From Pecten maximus (Eukaryota), in NCBI RefSeq assembly GCF_902652985.1, contig NC_047024.1:24986001-25050000 (forward strand): a stretch of DNA of 64,000 nt, read 5' to 3'. The position numbers were made by a program, and so were the translations under genes. How positions within the stretch are numbered: the first letter of the stretch is position 1; the number at the start of each line of letters is the position of its first letter. The notes beneath the pieces were generated by a model, which was not told where the DNA came from, ran no database searches, and saw only the letters and a list, made by a program, of their open reading frames with translations. This document shows, one piece after another, positions 12,701 through 23,530 of this stretch.

Positions 12701-15700
12701 AATTCTGCATAAATTTTCAAATTGTCAAGGTCATTTTTTTAAATACACTGCCATCAACAAAAGCTAGACACATTCTTTTAACTTTTAACTTTAATATTAT
12801 CAGTGCATCACAAACTTAAGCTCTTGACGAACTTTAATTTGTGAATCACAATGGCAATTTTTTATGAAAATAACCCATCTCGATGAAGTTTCAGGGAGAC
12901 TCAAGGTAGGGACCTATTTTCCAAGATATTTAAAAAATGCTTAGAAAACTTTTTTTTTTAAAGATTTGTCATAATATTACATGGTATGAACTACCCTTTC
13001 AAAAAATTATATTATTCTTTGAAAATATGCTCTCAATTTTACAATATTTCCAGAAAGATGTAATATTGCAAAAATGTTGCATTTTGAGAACTTGTAGATC
13101 ATCAATAAGCTTATGGACTATATATTGACACAGAATATTGTCTGCATATTGTATGGGAACTGATATGGATGGCAGAAAGTACTAGGTAGATATACCAGTC
13201 CTTAAACATATCATTGGTCTGGTTCCTGTTAATCACCCTACTGTAATGACGTTTGATGAAAGTAAAGTTCTTTCCTTGACTTTTTATCTAACTATTAAGT
13301 AAAAGGCTTGTGTTGAATATGAATCTGATAATATCACTTGTAATGATTTCAGAAAAGTACTGGGAGATGTGTTCCTTCAGTGAGTCAGTAGCTATGAAAC
13401 TAGCCATGACTTGTCCGGAGGAGTTTGTAAACCATAACAAGCGATTCCTCAGTCGTGTGTACCCCAACAGTCTGAGGGTGGACTCAAGTAACTATAATCC
13501 CCGTGACCTCTGGAACTGCGGCTGTCAGATGGGTAGGTTTGGAACTGGAAAAATATCTATGATTATAAATTTTGATTTGATACTACTCTTCAGTTTAAAT
13601 TATGAGTTAATATGTTGATTACAGTTTCAGTACTGTATCTATCACTCAATAACCCTATGCCTGTAATGAGCCCATGATTTGTGTTCTTATTGTCGGGGGC
13701 CGCACTGTGGCCAATTGGTTAAGGTGTCCTGACACAATATCACTAGCTCTCCACCTCTGGGTCGTGAGTTCAAAACCCACTTGGGTAGTTGCCAGGTACT
13801 GACTGTAGGCCGGTAGTTTTTCTCCGGGTACTCCAGCTTTCCTCCACCTCGAAAACATAGTGCGTCCTTAAATGATCCTGACTGTTAATAGGACGTTAAA
13901 GATGGGGCCTGTTTATACACAAATGGGTTCGTCAGTTTTTAAATGTAATATTTCAAACATATATCTTGGCGGACCTGCAAATGTTAATACAGGCCTTGGA
14001 AGTGTTTATCACTCCAAAATAAACCAAACCAAACTTATGGTCTCCCTGTTGTTGTTGTCAGTGGCCTTGAACTACCAGACCCCTGGCCTGATGATGGACC
14101 TGTACAATGGCTGGTTCCTCAAGAACGGCAACTGTGGCTATATACTCAAACCGTCCATTATGAGGGAAGAGATTGCTTACTTCAGCGCTAACACCAAGGA
14201 AGTCATTCCAGGGGTTTCCCCACAAATTCTTCACATAAAGGTATAGTTTTGGTTGTCATAGATACCTGTATATTTATATCTGTTTGCTACAGCAAAACTT
14301 GTCATTTTCAAGATGTTCTATTGTTTGCTATTTTTCCAAGATAGAATGTTATTGCCTAAAAGAGAACTTTTGAAAAAAATATCAATAGAAAAATCAATAG
14401 AAAAACCACAAAAAATTAGAAGAAATTACAGTTAAGGTACAGCCAGCAGCAGCAAAATCGCATCACAATTGTTACTTTGACCTTTTTGACCATGCTTTAT
14501 TTGATAGAACTAAAACAAAACTTGTCAAATGTGGTAATTAAGAACAAGTCATATGATTTTCAAATCTTTCAAACATTTTCTCAATAACCTAGAGGCTAAA
14601 GGTCAGGATATCAGGCCATGCCAGTAGCACGCCTGAATGAAAGGCTAGCTTATAAAAGAAAGATAATTGAGTTTGGACCCATTCTTTAACTAAGTCTAAC
14701 AACAAAGTTGAACAGGCAAGCAATTCAGGCCCATTGGACCTCTTGTTTCTTTGTTAAATATATCTGGGTTTTTGGGAGGCACAGTGGTAGTACATGTACT
14801 TATCTTCCCTAATGGGACATAAAAAGGTATAGGGTCACATGCAAGACCATATGGGTTTTCTCGGGTACTTCAGTTTCCTGCATCATTAAGACCCCTTGCA
14901 TGCTTCCATCCAAGACAACAAGAGTGATTATTGATGAAGTTGATATTATTTGTTTCGCGATTGTTGTAAAATAAAGTTTACAGATTTAATATACACATAC
15001 CTGTTTGACAGAATGACTACAGGGAAATGTTGACCTTAAATGTTTACAATTACCCAAGTGAAGTTTTGATTTTTTATTTACTAGGTGATAAGTGGTCAGC
15101 ATTTCCCCAAGCCAAAAGGGTCAGGGTCACGAGGTGATGTCACTGACCCCTACGTTACCATAGAGATATCTGGGATACCTGCCGACTGTTCAGAGGAAAG
15201 GACCAAGACTGTGCCTCACAATGGTAAGTTTTAGATCAATTTTAAGATAGGAAGCTAAAAATGATTCACTAATAAGCCTTGAACCTTTACACTAGGGGAG
15301 GGAGCTTATTTGTGGATAAAAATGGCACTTAACATTAATTTCTAGGGTAGGGAGCTTATTTGAGGAAGAATATGTTGCTAAACTTTTATACAAGGGGAGG
15401 GGGCTGTTTGAAGATAAATATGGTTCTAAACTTTAACATTAGGGGAGGGGGCTTATTTGAGGATGAATATGGTATTAAATTGTCATACTACGGTTGGGGG
15501 CTTATTTGAGGATAAATATGGTACTTAACATTTACACTAGTGGAGGGAGCTTATTTTAGGATAAATATTGTACTGTAAATCAAATGTACATTGTGGTATT
15601 TTGTTGTAGAAATTGAAGCATGAAGATTGAATTGTTAGATATATAAACTTTCTTTTTCATGTTTGCAGGTTACTGTCCAATATTTGATGAGAGCTTTGAG

Positions 15701-18700
15701 TTCCAGATAAATCTACCAGAGCTGGCTCTCGTGAGATTCGCTGTTTTAGATGATGAATTTATAGGAGATGAATTTATAGCTCAGTACACTGTACCTTTTG
15801 AATGTATGCAAACAGGTAGGTGTTTTGTATATTTTCCATTGATTTATATAGAGTGCTCTTTAGAATTACAGAAACACACAGGTCATAACCTTAAAACTGT
15901 ATGGTAAAATTTTCGTAAGACAAACAAGATTTATACAAATTTCTGCTTTATGTGCAGTACATTGTAATCTCTGAATGTGGCTCAAACTTATTTATTTGAA
16001 AATTCTATAACAAATTTTGCATATAATGAACTACAGCATCTGGTCATATGGAATTTGTTATAAATAAGGTTTACTGTATAGAGAACATTCAAGGTTAAGT
16101 GTAAGAAATTATCATTCTTGAACTGATTAACCTCCCGTTGATTATGTAGTGAACACAGTGAAAGTTAAACAGTTTGAATATAAAAAGATGAACGTTCAAA
16201 ATGCCAAACAGAAAAAAATAGTGTTTAATAGCAAAATATAGAGTTATAAAATTACAGTTATGATGATGTTTATTGTATTATGAGCTGACTGTCAAGTGAT
16301 TGTATATCCTGTAGGTAATGCATGTATGTTGTCAAAATATGTGTATATTTATGTATAAAGTTGTATGTTGTCAAAATATGTCTGTGTATTTATCAGAATA
16401 TGTCTGTGTATTTATCAGAATATGTCTGTGTATTTATCAGAATATGTCTGTGTATTTATCAGAATATGTCTGTGTATTTATCAGAATATGTCTTTGTATT
16501 TATCAGAATATGTCTGTGTATTTATGTATAAAGTTGTATGTGGTCAGAATATGTCTGTGTATTTATGTATAAAGTGTTGATATATGTCTGTGTATTTATG
16601 TATAAAGTGTTGATATCTGTGTATTATATAGGATATCGTCACATCAACCTTCTGTCCAACACTGGAGACCCAATAGAAAACTGTACACTGTTTGTACATG
16701 TAGCGATAACCAATAAACGAGGAGGAGGGGTGAGTGTCATCGTTGTTGTTGTTGTCGTCGTCGTCGTCATCATCAATTTAAAATATCTTTTGGTCAAAAA
16801 AGTATAAGTAAAACGTATATCTTTATGTAACGACTTTCATGGTCCATTTATTTTGAAAATTTGGGATGCTGGGAAACTGGACTTAAAATGTTTAGGTCAT
16901 CTGTCAATCTTCTTACATTGTAATAGGACCATCACAGCCCACAATATAAATAGCTGTAATTTTGGAATATAGATCAGAAGAAGAAAAAGTTGTATATATG
17001 TTTGTATATCACTCAATGTTGGATGCCAAGATCCCTCTAGGATTTCTTGTTTGTGATTTTAGACTGCATGTTTCAACGTTGATGATTTTCCTGTTTGCCT
17101 TTTAAAATTTTTGCAAACTTGAACATTGTAGGAAAAATAACAACAAAAAAAGAAGAAAAAAACCCAATAGAACTACATTAAAGGTGTCACAATTTATGGT
17201 TAACTGTTTTAAAATCATCCTAGTCAGACAATTTAAACTGTCGTTTATGACCCAGCAGAGCCTCTTTTAACTGTCCATTCATTATTTGTATCCTACAGAA
17301 AGCTCACAAGAGAGGCATGTCTGTGAAGAAAGCCAAACGCAAAAAAGACTACACTACACCAAAAGCTGTCGGAGTAAAATGTATTGATGAAACATTTAAG
17401 GTAATTTAAAAGGACAAAATCGACTTTGAGGACAGTAAGTTCAGATATTTTTTTTTACTGAAGCAAACATCATTGTTATGTAAAATGTTCTGGTTGGAAA
17501 GTACAATTGTATATCACAACCAGTGTTGGATTGAAACGTGAGGTTTCCATGACTACACTCTTGTCTCCTTCATCAGACCATGTCAAGTCAACTACGCCTT
17601 GTTTATAACCTGATCATACATGTGCGAGGGCCATTGAGGAAAAAAATTGGATGAAAGGGCAAGTACAGCAGTCATCTTGAACATAAAGAATTATCTTAAA
17701 AAGCATCCACCTTGTACATCCTAAGGATAAAACACCCAAACAGGGTGCTGCAGAATGTTTATATAAAGTCAGATTCAAGAACTGTGATGTGTCATATATC
17801 AGAGCAACTGGGAGAAGATCTGAAATCCGTCCTCGGAAACACCAGAAAGACGAAGAAACCCGAAAAGGCAGGAAATTTATCAGATTATAACGGAAACAAT
17901 CAAGAGTCCCAGGTCAACAAATCAACAATCATAGATCATGCAGCGCAAACAAATCATGTAGTTGACTGGGACCAAAGTAATTGACAGAGAGAACAATATT
18001 TTTAATTGACTGGTGAACGAAGCCATTTGGACACCCGTAGTGGGCCAGTTCTAAACTGGGATGAGTTGAACCATAGACTCTCGCTCATCTTTGATCAGGT
18101 TATAGACAAAATATAATCAAATCGAATTCTACACAAGGCTGATAAAGTGTAATCACCGAAATGTCAGGCTTAAATCCAACTCTGGTTGTTATATACCTTA
18201 CAAACATTAAAGATGATTTCTGTTAGTAAACAGGAAAGTCTTGAGGTCTTTTTTAATCTCTAATCATAAACATACAATATGGATTTTGGTGAACTTAGAG
18301 CATAACTCCTGTGTATAAACGCCAGAGAGTAAAACATCAGATCGATCGACCTGTGTCCTATGGTGGAAATAGGAAGCCTTTCTAAATATGGCTGGAAAGA
18401 TTTTGATATAATTTGGTTTGAAGAATTCCAGGATATAGCAGGTTTTGTACAGAGAGTGTATTCCCCCTTTTAGTGGGAGGAACACTCCATAATAATAGTT
18501 AAATTGTATGGGAAAATTAAATAGTAAGGAAACATGAACACCAATATATATATATATTTTATTGAACATTTTTATTCAAATTTTCAACATATGATAACCC
18601 ACATGATACAAAAAACAAAGACAACTTTCATAGACACTTACATATACAAACTATATACTAGGGGTGTGTTGAAGCTTGAATACAATATAACTAGTAGTTG

Positions 18701-21700
18701 TGTTTAAAAGATAGCAGCATATACAGTATATTTAAACTCAAGATAAAGAGATACATGTAATTCTATGCTGACCATTGATTAACCAGGTAACTATATTTTG
18801 AAAAAGCCTCCATTTATGAATGAAAAAAGTTTGTTTACCGCTTATGCTTGAGGTATAGTTTTCCATATTGTAATGGTTCACAATGTTTCTTTAAACTCTT
18901 TCCAACAGGATATTGAGTATGTTTTCAGCTTGTGAGTTATTTGTGTGCAATTTAAGCATAAATGTCAATTGTAAGTAAATACAAAGTGGTTTATTTTAAG
19001 ATGATTCTATCTGTATTTCCTTTAGACATCAATCGCGCCGCTGAAAGAGTGTACGGACCTGCGAGAGGATGTACAGGTGGCCCTGTCAGAATTTAAGGAG
19101 GCATGTGGCCTTGGTCCAATCGCCAACATTAAACAGTGTATACGTCTACTGGCCACGCGTGTGTCCAACGCCACGGAGCAGTCCTCACTCTCAGTCGTTA
19201 TCAAAGGGGAGGTAAGCCATTTTAGCGTCAATTTGTACTTTAATATCTATATCAGTTTGAGTTTCAAGTAGCAGAGAAGAAAGAGCAACTTTGAGGTTCA
19301 TAAGGTTACCAAATAAAAGTCTATAAATGTATACATGTATTTGTAAAGATGTAAATCTTAAGGTTCTCAATTCTTCCCATAGAAGCTCTAAGTTATCAAG
19401 TTTGGGCTGGTAAGATTTAATTACGTCCATATTGATAGATTATATTTTTCTCTCCACAGTACCCGTCATTAGAAGCTCAAGGAAACCTTCCAGATGTGCT
19501 GAAAAAAGCTCTACAATCCTTTGCTGAAGTGAGTTAGATATGAAAATTGGTTTTTCTCTGAAGTAATAATAAGTTTCCACTGAACATTTTTACAACAGGT
19601 TATAGATAATGTTTTCAGATTGAAAGAAATACATTTATCAATCCTAAATTGCCACAAATAGTCAACTTACTGATGATTTAGAAATTAGTGTTGTTGAAGG
19701 ATATTAAGTTTATTTTGAAATGAATATTCTTCTTTCTTTGTAGTTGGTGACGGAATGTAAAAATTTGATGGATTCCGCAGATACTGTTCATGATCGAGTG
19801 AGTAATAGCAGGGTTATCACATTATGTGTAGATTTGTTTTTATCGCGACGTGTTCAACTCTGTAAAATGACAATGTCATAAATATCGAAAGACACGTTTA
19901 ATAACACTGTTGTGATGTCATAAATAATTTATGACGTCACATTGACTATATGATGCCTCTATAGAGAAACCCATACCATCCAAGTAGAAATATAGAAATC
20001 TATATATAGATCAGTTTGAGATCTTCCATTTATATTCTCATAGATATTTGTTATGTGATAAACAGAATCTTACACTCATGACTTTGTCATATTAAATTTA
20101 ATTATTTAATTATCATTCAAATTTATTTTTGTCAATTTATTATTAAACTCATTCAACAACTCAATATGCCACTCGCCTAAAGGCTCATGAGATATCAAAT
20201 GATTGAATTTTATATAGCAAAGCCACTCATGTAAGATCCTGTATTTAAATGTCCATCAAAATTTAACCAGAGTATTATTATAGGGTATTTTCTGTGTATC
20301 TTAATTTTCATCCATCTTTTTCAGGCTGTTTTCTTTTCTCTGAAGCTAAGAAGGCTTCATAATTGTGAAATGTAATTTGGTTTTCTAGAGCAATATTTTG
20401 ATTAAAATACTTTTGAAATAGATATGTCAATAATTTGTTTTTAAGTATTTTCAAGCTTGATCGGACTTTCTGAAGCAGCACTTTAAATTGAAAATTCTTC
20501 ATGTTATTTTCTACATGTCTACATTTCGACACAAGAATGTTAGGTATTTCGGGGTGGAATGGGTGTACATTGTTTTACCTTCTGTACTGTTAAATTCATT
20601 GTTTCATTTTGTTTATCTTTAGTTACTTCAATGTCAGAAGGCTGGCTTAGAATGGCATGAGGACTTGGAGAACATCTGTAGTCAGGCAGGGCTGAAAGGC
20701 AAGAAGATGTCAAAGGTTTGTAAGAATTTTTTTTTCTTTTTTTTTTCTCGAGTTTATCGCCTTGTGAACAGCCAGGGCCATTTTAAGGCAGATTTCCTTG
20801 TAGTAGCTGGTGACTAACTCACTGAACAACATACAGAAGCCCAATTGCATGCAATCCAGAGCAGTTAGGGTAAAGTGTCTAGCTCAAGGACACAACCTCA
20901 ACAGCACAGACTGCCCTGTTTCTCAGCTTCAGGAGAAACACAAACCAACACTGGTAGGGAGCGTCAGACCACACACCTTGGATCTGCACCTGAAATGACG
21001 TGGCTGGCGCTCTTACCAACTGAGCTATCGTGGCCCCCTGTGAGATTTTACACTAGGTATAACAAATACAAGCTTGTGGAAGTTGTGTGGGTATGTCACA
21101 GGGACTACAGTTTGTCTTATCAGCAGAGTTATTATATATTACACATAGAATTAGAAAATTGTCTTGAAAGCTTACCTGCTCAGATAATTGAAATCTAAAA
21201 TTTGCTTTATTATTTCAGAAAAAAAATAAAGAAAAAAAAAAAATTTATGCAAAAAATAACAATCCTTAGTGTTGTTCTCAATTTTCAGGCTACAGAAAAT
21301 TTTGCTTGGAATGTTCGTGTACTGAAGGGCCAGGCTACATTGATGCTACAGGCAAAGAAGGAATGTCAAGATTATTTACGACAGGTATGTAAAATAGATC
21401 GACCCTCATCGATACTGTCCAAGGGAAGCTTATATGTCCCCTGACACATCAGATATATCCCTTGGCTTTTCACCAAGGATTCCAACATTTAGTTTACAAG
21501 TACGTTTTAAGATGATGGAGAGATCTGCAGTAAAATAATATCACTGTGACCTATATTTAGAAGAAATCCTTAGATTGTCAAGATTCTTCTTTAACTGACA
21601 GATTTCTATCAAATCATCATGCTATAGATTAAGTTAAAACAAGACATGATAAATAACCTGCTTTGTAACACTGTTAATGATTTTAATGATCAGTCTGTAT

Positions 21701-21781
21701 TACTGATTGCAGATGAAGGAGGCCGCCAGTTCTTCAGGATTAGTAAAGGATGAAAAACAAAATGGTGTGGAGGAATCTTAG
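3737..21781 (+). CDS. PLCL: Phospholipase C-like protein (PLCL/PRIP family), gene A; 5'-partial multi-exon CDS covering end of EF-hand region, X box, Y box, C2 and PLCL C-terminal tail
   Basis: GT-AG exons with continuous frame: 3737-3854 ([24 protein letters not shown]), 6666-6751 ([28 protein letters not shown]), 8601-8721 ([23 protein letters not shown]), 9565-9733 ([16 protein letters not shown]), 10314-10412, 12251-12356 (LSDLVTYC), 13353-13532 ([22 protein letters not shown]), 14062-14240 (VALNYQTPG), 15085-15223 ([18 protein letters not shown]), 15669-15815, 16632-16729, 17299-17400, 19026-19211, 19460-19528, 19744-19797, 20623-20715, 21289-21384 ([14 protein letters not shown], typical of the PLCL tail), 21713-21781 (TAG). 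No upstream PH/EF exons were found in 1-3736. Confidence 0.93.
3829..5410 (+). repeat. 31-bp tandem array (about 50 copies) made of the exon end plus splice donor of gene A
   Basis: Unit TACTTCATAGCCAGCTCACATAATAC|GTAAG; the first copy is the real exon end (YFIASSHNT) and donor at 3855. Confidence 0.97.
5464..5516 (+). pseudogene. Degenerate partial copy of exon 3737-3854
   Basis: GTATATCAAGATATGACACAACTACTAAGTCACTTCTTCATAACCAGCTCACA versus exon GTATGTCAAGATATGACACAACCACTAAGTCACTACTTTATAGCCAGCTCACA. Confidence 0.8.
5520..6195 (+). repeat. 18-bp minisatellite
   Basis: Unit CTTATTACCAGACACAGA with variants; source of the spurious ORFs at 5476-6303. Confidence 0.95.
7700..8340 (+). repeat. Degenerate G-rich tandem repeat (roughly 110-140 bp units) with G4-type runs
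   Basis: Recurring GGGGCAGGGG(T)CGGGGCAGGGACCTGTGACTACATCACTAGAATCTATCCC. Confidence 0.75.
9092..9320 (+). mobile_element. tRNA-derived SINE (family 1)
   Basis: A box TGGCCAAGTGG, B box GTTCGAAAC, central GGTTTTTCTCTGGGTACTCCAGCTTTCCTCC, 3' CTGTTAATAGGACGTTAAAC plus (AAACC)n tail; second copy at 13695. Confidence 0.85.
9874..10096. mobile_element. MITE-like element with short terminal inverted repeats
   Basis: CAGGGCCGTTTT ... AAACGGGCCCCTG ends; a related inverted fragment lies at about 13903-14000. Confidence 0.5.
10701..11193 (+). mobile_element. Non-autonomous Helentron-type (HINE-like) element
   Basis: TTATACCCCCGC subterminal inverted repeat, (GTCC)n microsatellite, two internal core repeats of about 180 bp, GCGGGGGTAT plus short 3' hairpin; T-rich flank. 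Confidence 0.75.
11290..12222 (+). repeat. Tandem array with alternating units of about 59 and 77 bp, ending just upstream of acceptor 12251
   Basis: Unit GTTGATTATGAGTATTATAAAG(TTATATTTGATTATAAT)GTTTATGTACAGTGTAGCACTGACGGACAGGATACCT. Confidence 0.93.
13695..14034 (+). mobile_element. tRNA-derived SINE (family 1) with a nested MITE fragment in its tail
   Basis: Similar to 9092-9320; the tail GGACGTTAAA is separated from AAAATAAACCAAACC by an insert of about 115 bp. Confidence 0.8.
15285..15572 (+). repeat. Roughly 50-bp G-rich tandem repeat, same family as 62210-62960
   Basis: Unit approximately TTTACACTAGGGGAGGGGGCTTATTTGAGGATAAATATGGTACT. Confidence 0.8.
16325..16640 (+). repeat. 22-bp tandem array resembling the acceptor of exon 16632
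   Basis: Unit TCTGTGTATTTATCAG|AATATG versus real acceptor TCTGTGTATTATATAG|GATATC. Confidence 0.8.
17700..18200 (+). mobile_element. Degenerate Penelope-like retroelement 3' fragment (GIY-YIG endonuclease remnant plus hammerhead-like motif)
   Basis: Frameshifted peptides [25 protein letters not shown] and [33 protein letters not shown], followed by CTGATAAAGTGTAATCACCGAAATGTCAGG at 18139-18168. Confidence 0.7.
20748..21037 (-). mobile_element. tRNA-derived SINE (family 2)
   Basis: Minus strand begins GGGGCCACGATAGCTCAGTTGGTAAGAGCGCC and contains GTTGTGTCCTTGAGCTAGACACTTTACCCT; other copies at 26372, 30250, 37975 and 59100. Confidence 0.8.
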
Positions 21782-21809
21782 CAGATCCTGTACTGGATAC
21801 TGAGTGCTT

Positions 21810-23530
21810 CCCTGGCTGGTCCCCTATAATAGACATCTACCTGGCTGGTCCCCTATACAAGACATCTACCTGGCTGGTCCCCTATAATAGACATCTACCT
21901 GGCTGGTCCCCTATACAAGACATCTACCTGGCTGGTCCCCTATACAAGATATCTACCTGGCTGGTCCCCTATACAAGTCATCTACCTGGCTGGTCCCCTA
22001 TACAAGATATCTACCTGGCTGGTCCTGTACACAAGACACGTCACTGGCTGGTCCTATACACAAGACACGTCACTGGCTGGTCCTATACACAAGACACCCC
22101 ACTGGCTGGTCCTGTACACAAGACACCACACTGGCTGGTCCCATACACAAGACACCACACTGGCTGGTCCTATACACAAGACACGTCACTGGCTGGTCCT
22201 ATACACAAGACACCCCACTGGCTGGTCCTGTACACAAGACACCACACTGGCTGGTCCTGTACACAAGACACCACACTGGCTGGTCCTGTACACAAGACAC
22301 GTCACTGGCTGGTCCTATACACAAGACACTTCACTGGCTGGTCCCGTGCACAAGACACCACACTGGCTGGTCCTGTACACAAGACACCACACTGGCTGGT
22401 CCTGTACACAAGACACCACACTGGCTGGTCCTGTACACAAGACACCTCACTGGCTGGTCCCGTACACAAGACACCACACTGGCTGGTCCTATACACAAGA
22501 CACGTCACTGGCTGGTCCTATACACAAGACACTTCACTGGCTGGTCCTATACACAAGACACGTCACTGGCTGGTCCTATACACAAGATACCTCACTGGCT
22601 GGTCCTGTACACAAGACACCACACTGGTTGGTCCTGTACACAAGACACCACACTGGCTGGTCCTATACACAAGACACCACACTGGCTGGTCCTATACACA
22701 AGACACTTCACTGGCTGGTCCTATACACAAGACACCTCACTTGCTGGTCCTATACACAAGACACCCCACTGGCTGGTCCTGTACACAAGACACCACACTG
22801 GCTGGTCCTATACACAAGACACCTCACTGGCTGGTCCTGTACACAAGACACCACACTGGCTGGTCCTATACACCGACACCCCACTGGCTGGTCCTATACA
22901 CAAGACACCACACTGGCTGGTCCTATACACAAGACACCACACTGGCTGGTCCTATACACAAGACACCACACTGGCTGGTCCTATACACAAGACACCTCAC
23001 TGGCTGGTCCTATACACAAGACACCTCACTGGCTGGTCCTGTACACAAGACACCACACTGGCTGGTCCTATACACAAGACACTTCACTGGCTGGTCCTAT
23101 ACACAAGACACCTCACTGGCTGGTCCTATACACAAGACACCACACTGGCTGGTCCTGTACACAAGACACCACACTGGCTGGTCCTGTACACAAGACACCA
23201 CACTGGCTGGTCCTAAACACAAGACACCACACTGGCTGGTCCTGTACACAAGACACCACACTGGCTGGTCCCATACACAAGACACGTCACTGGCTGGTCC
23301 TATACACAAGACACCACACTGGCTGGTCCTGTACACAAGACACTTCACTGGCTGGTCCTGTACACAAGACATGTCACTGGCTGGTCCTATATACAAGACA
23401 CCCCACTGGCTGGTCCTATACACAAGACACCACACTGGCTGGTCCTATACACAAGACACCACACTGGCTGGTCCTGTATACAAGACACCACACTGGCTGG
23501 TCCTATACACAAGACACCACACTGGCTGGT
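21810..23530 (+). repeat. 29-bp minisatellite (about 60 copies) starting about 30 nt after the gene A stop codon
   Basis: Units ACCTGGCTGGTCCCCTATACAAGACATCT, then CACTGGCTGGTCCTATACACAAGACACCA. Confidence 0.96.
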
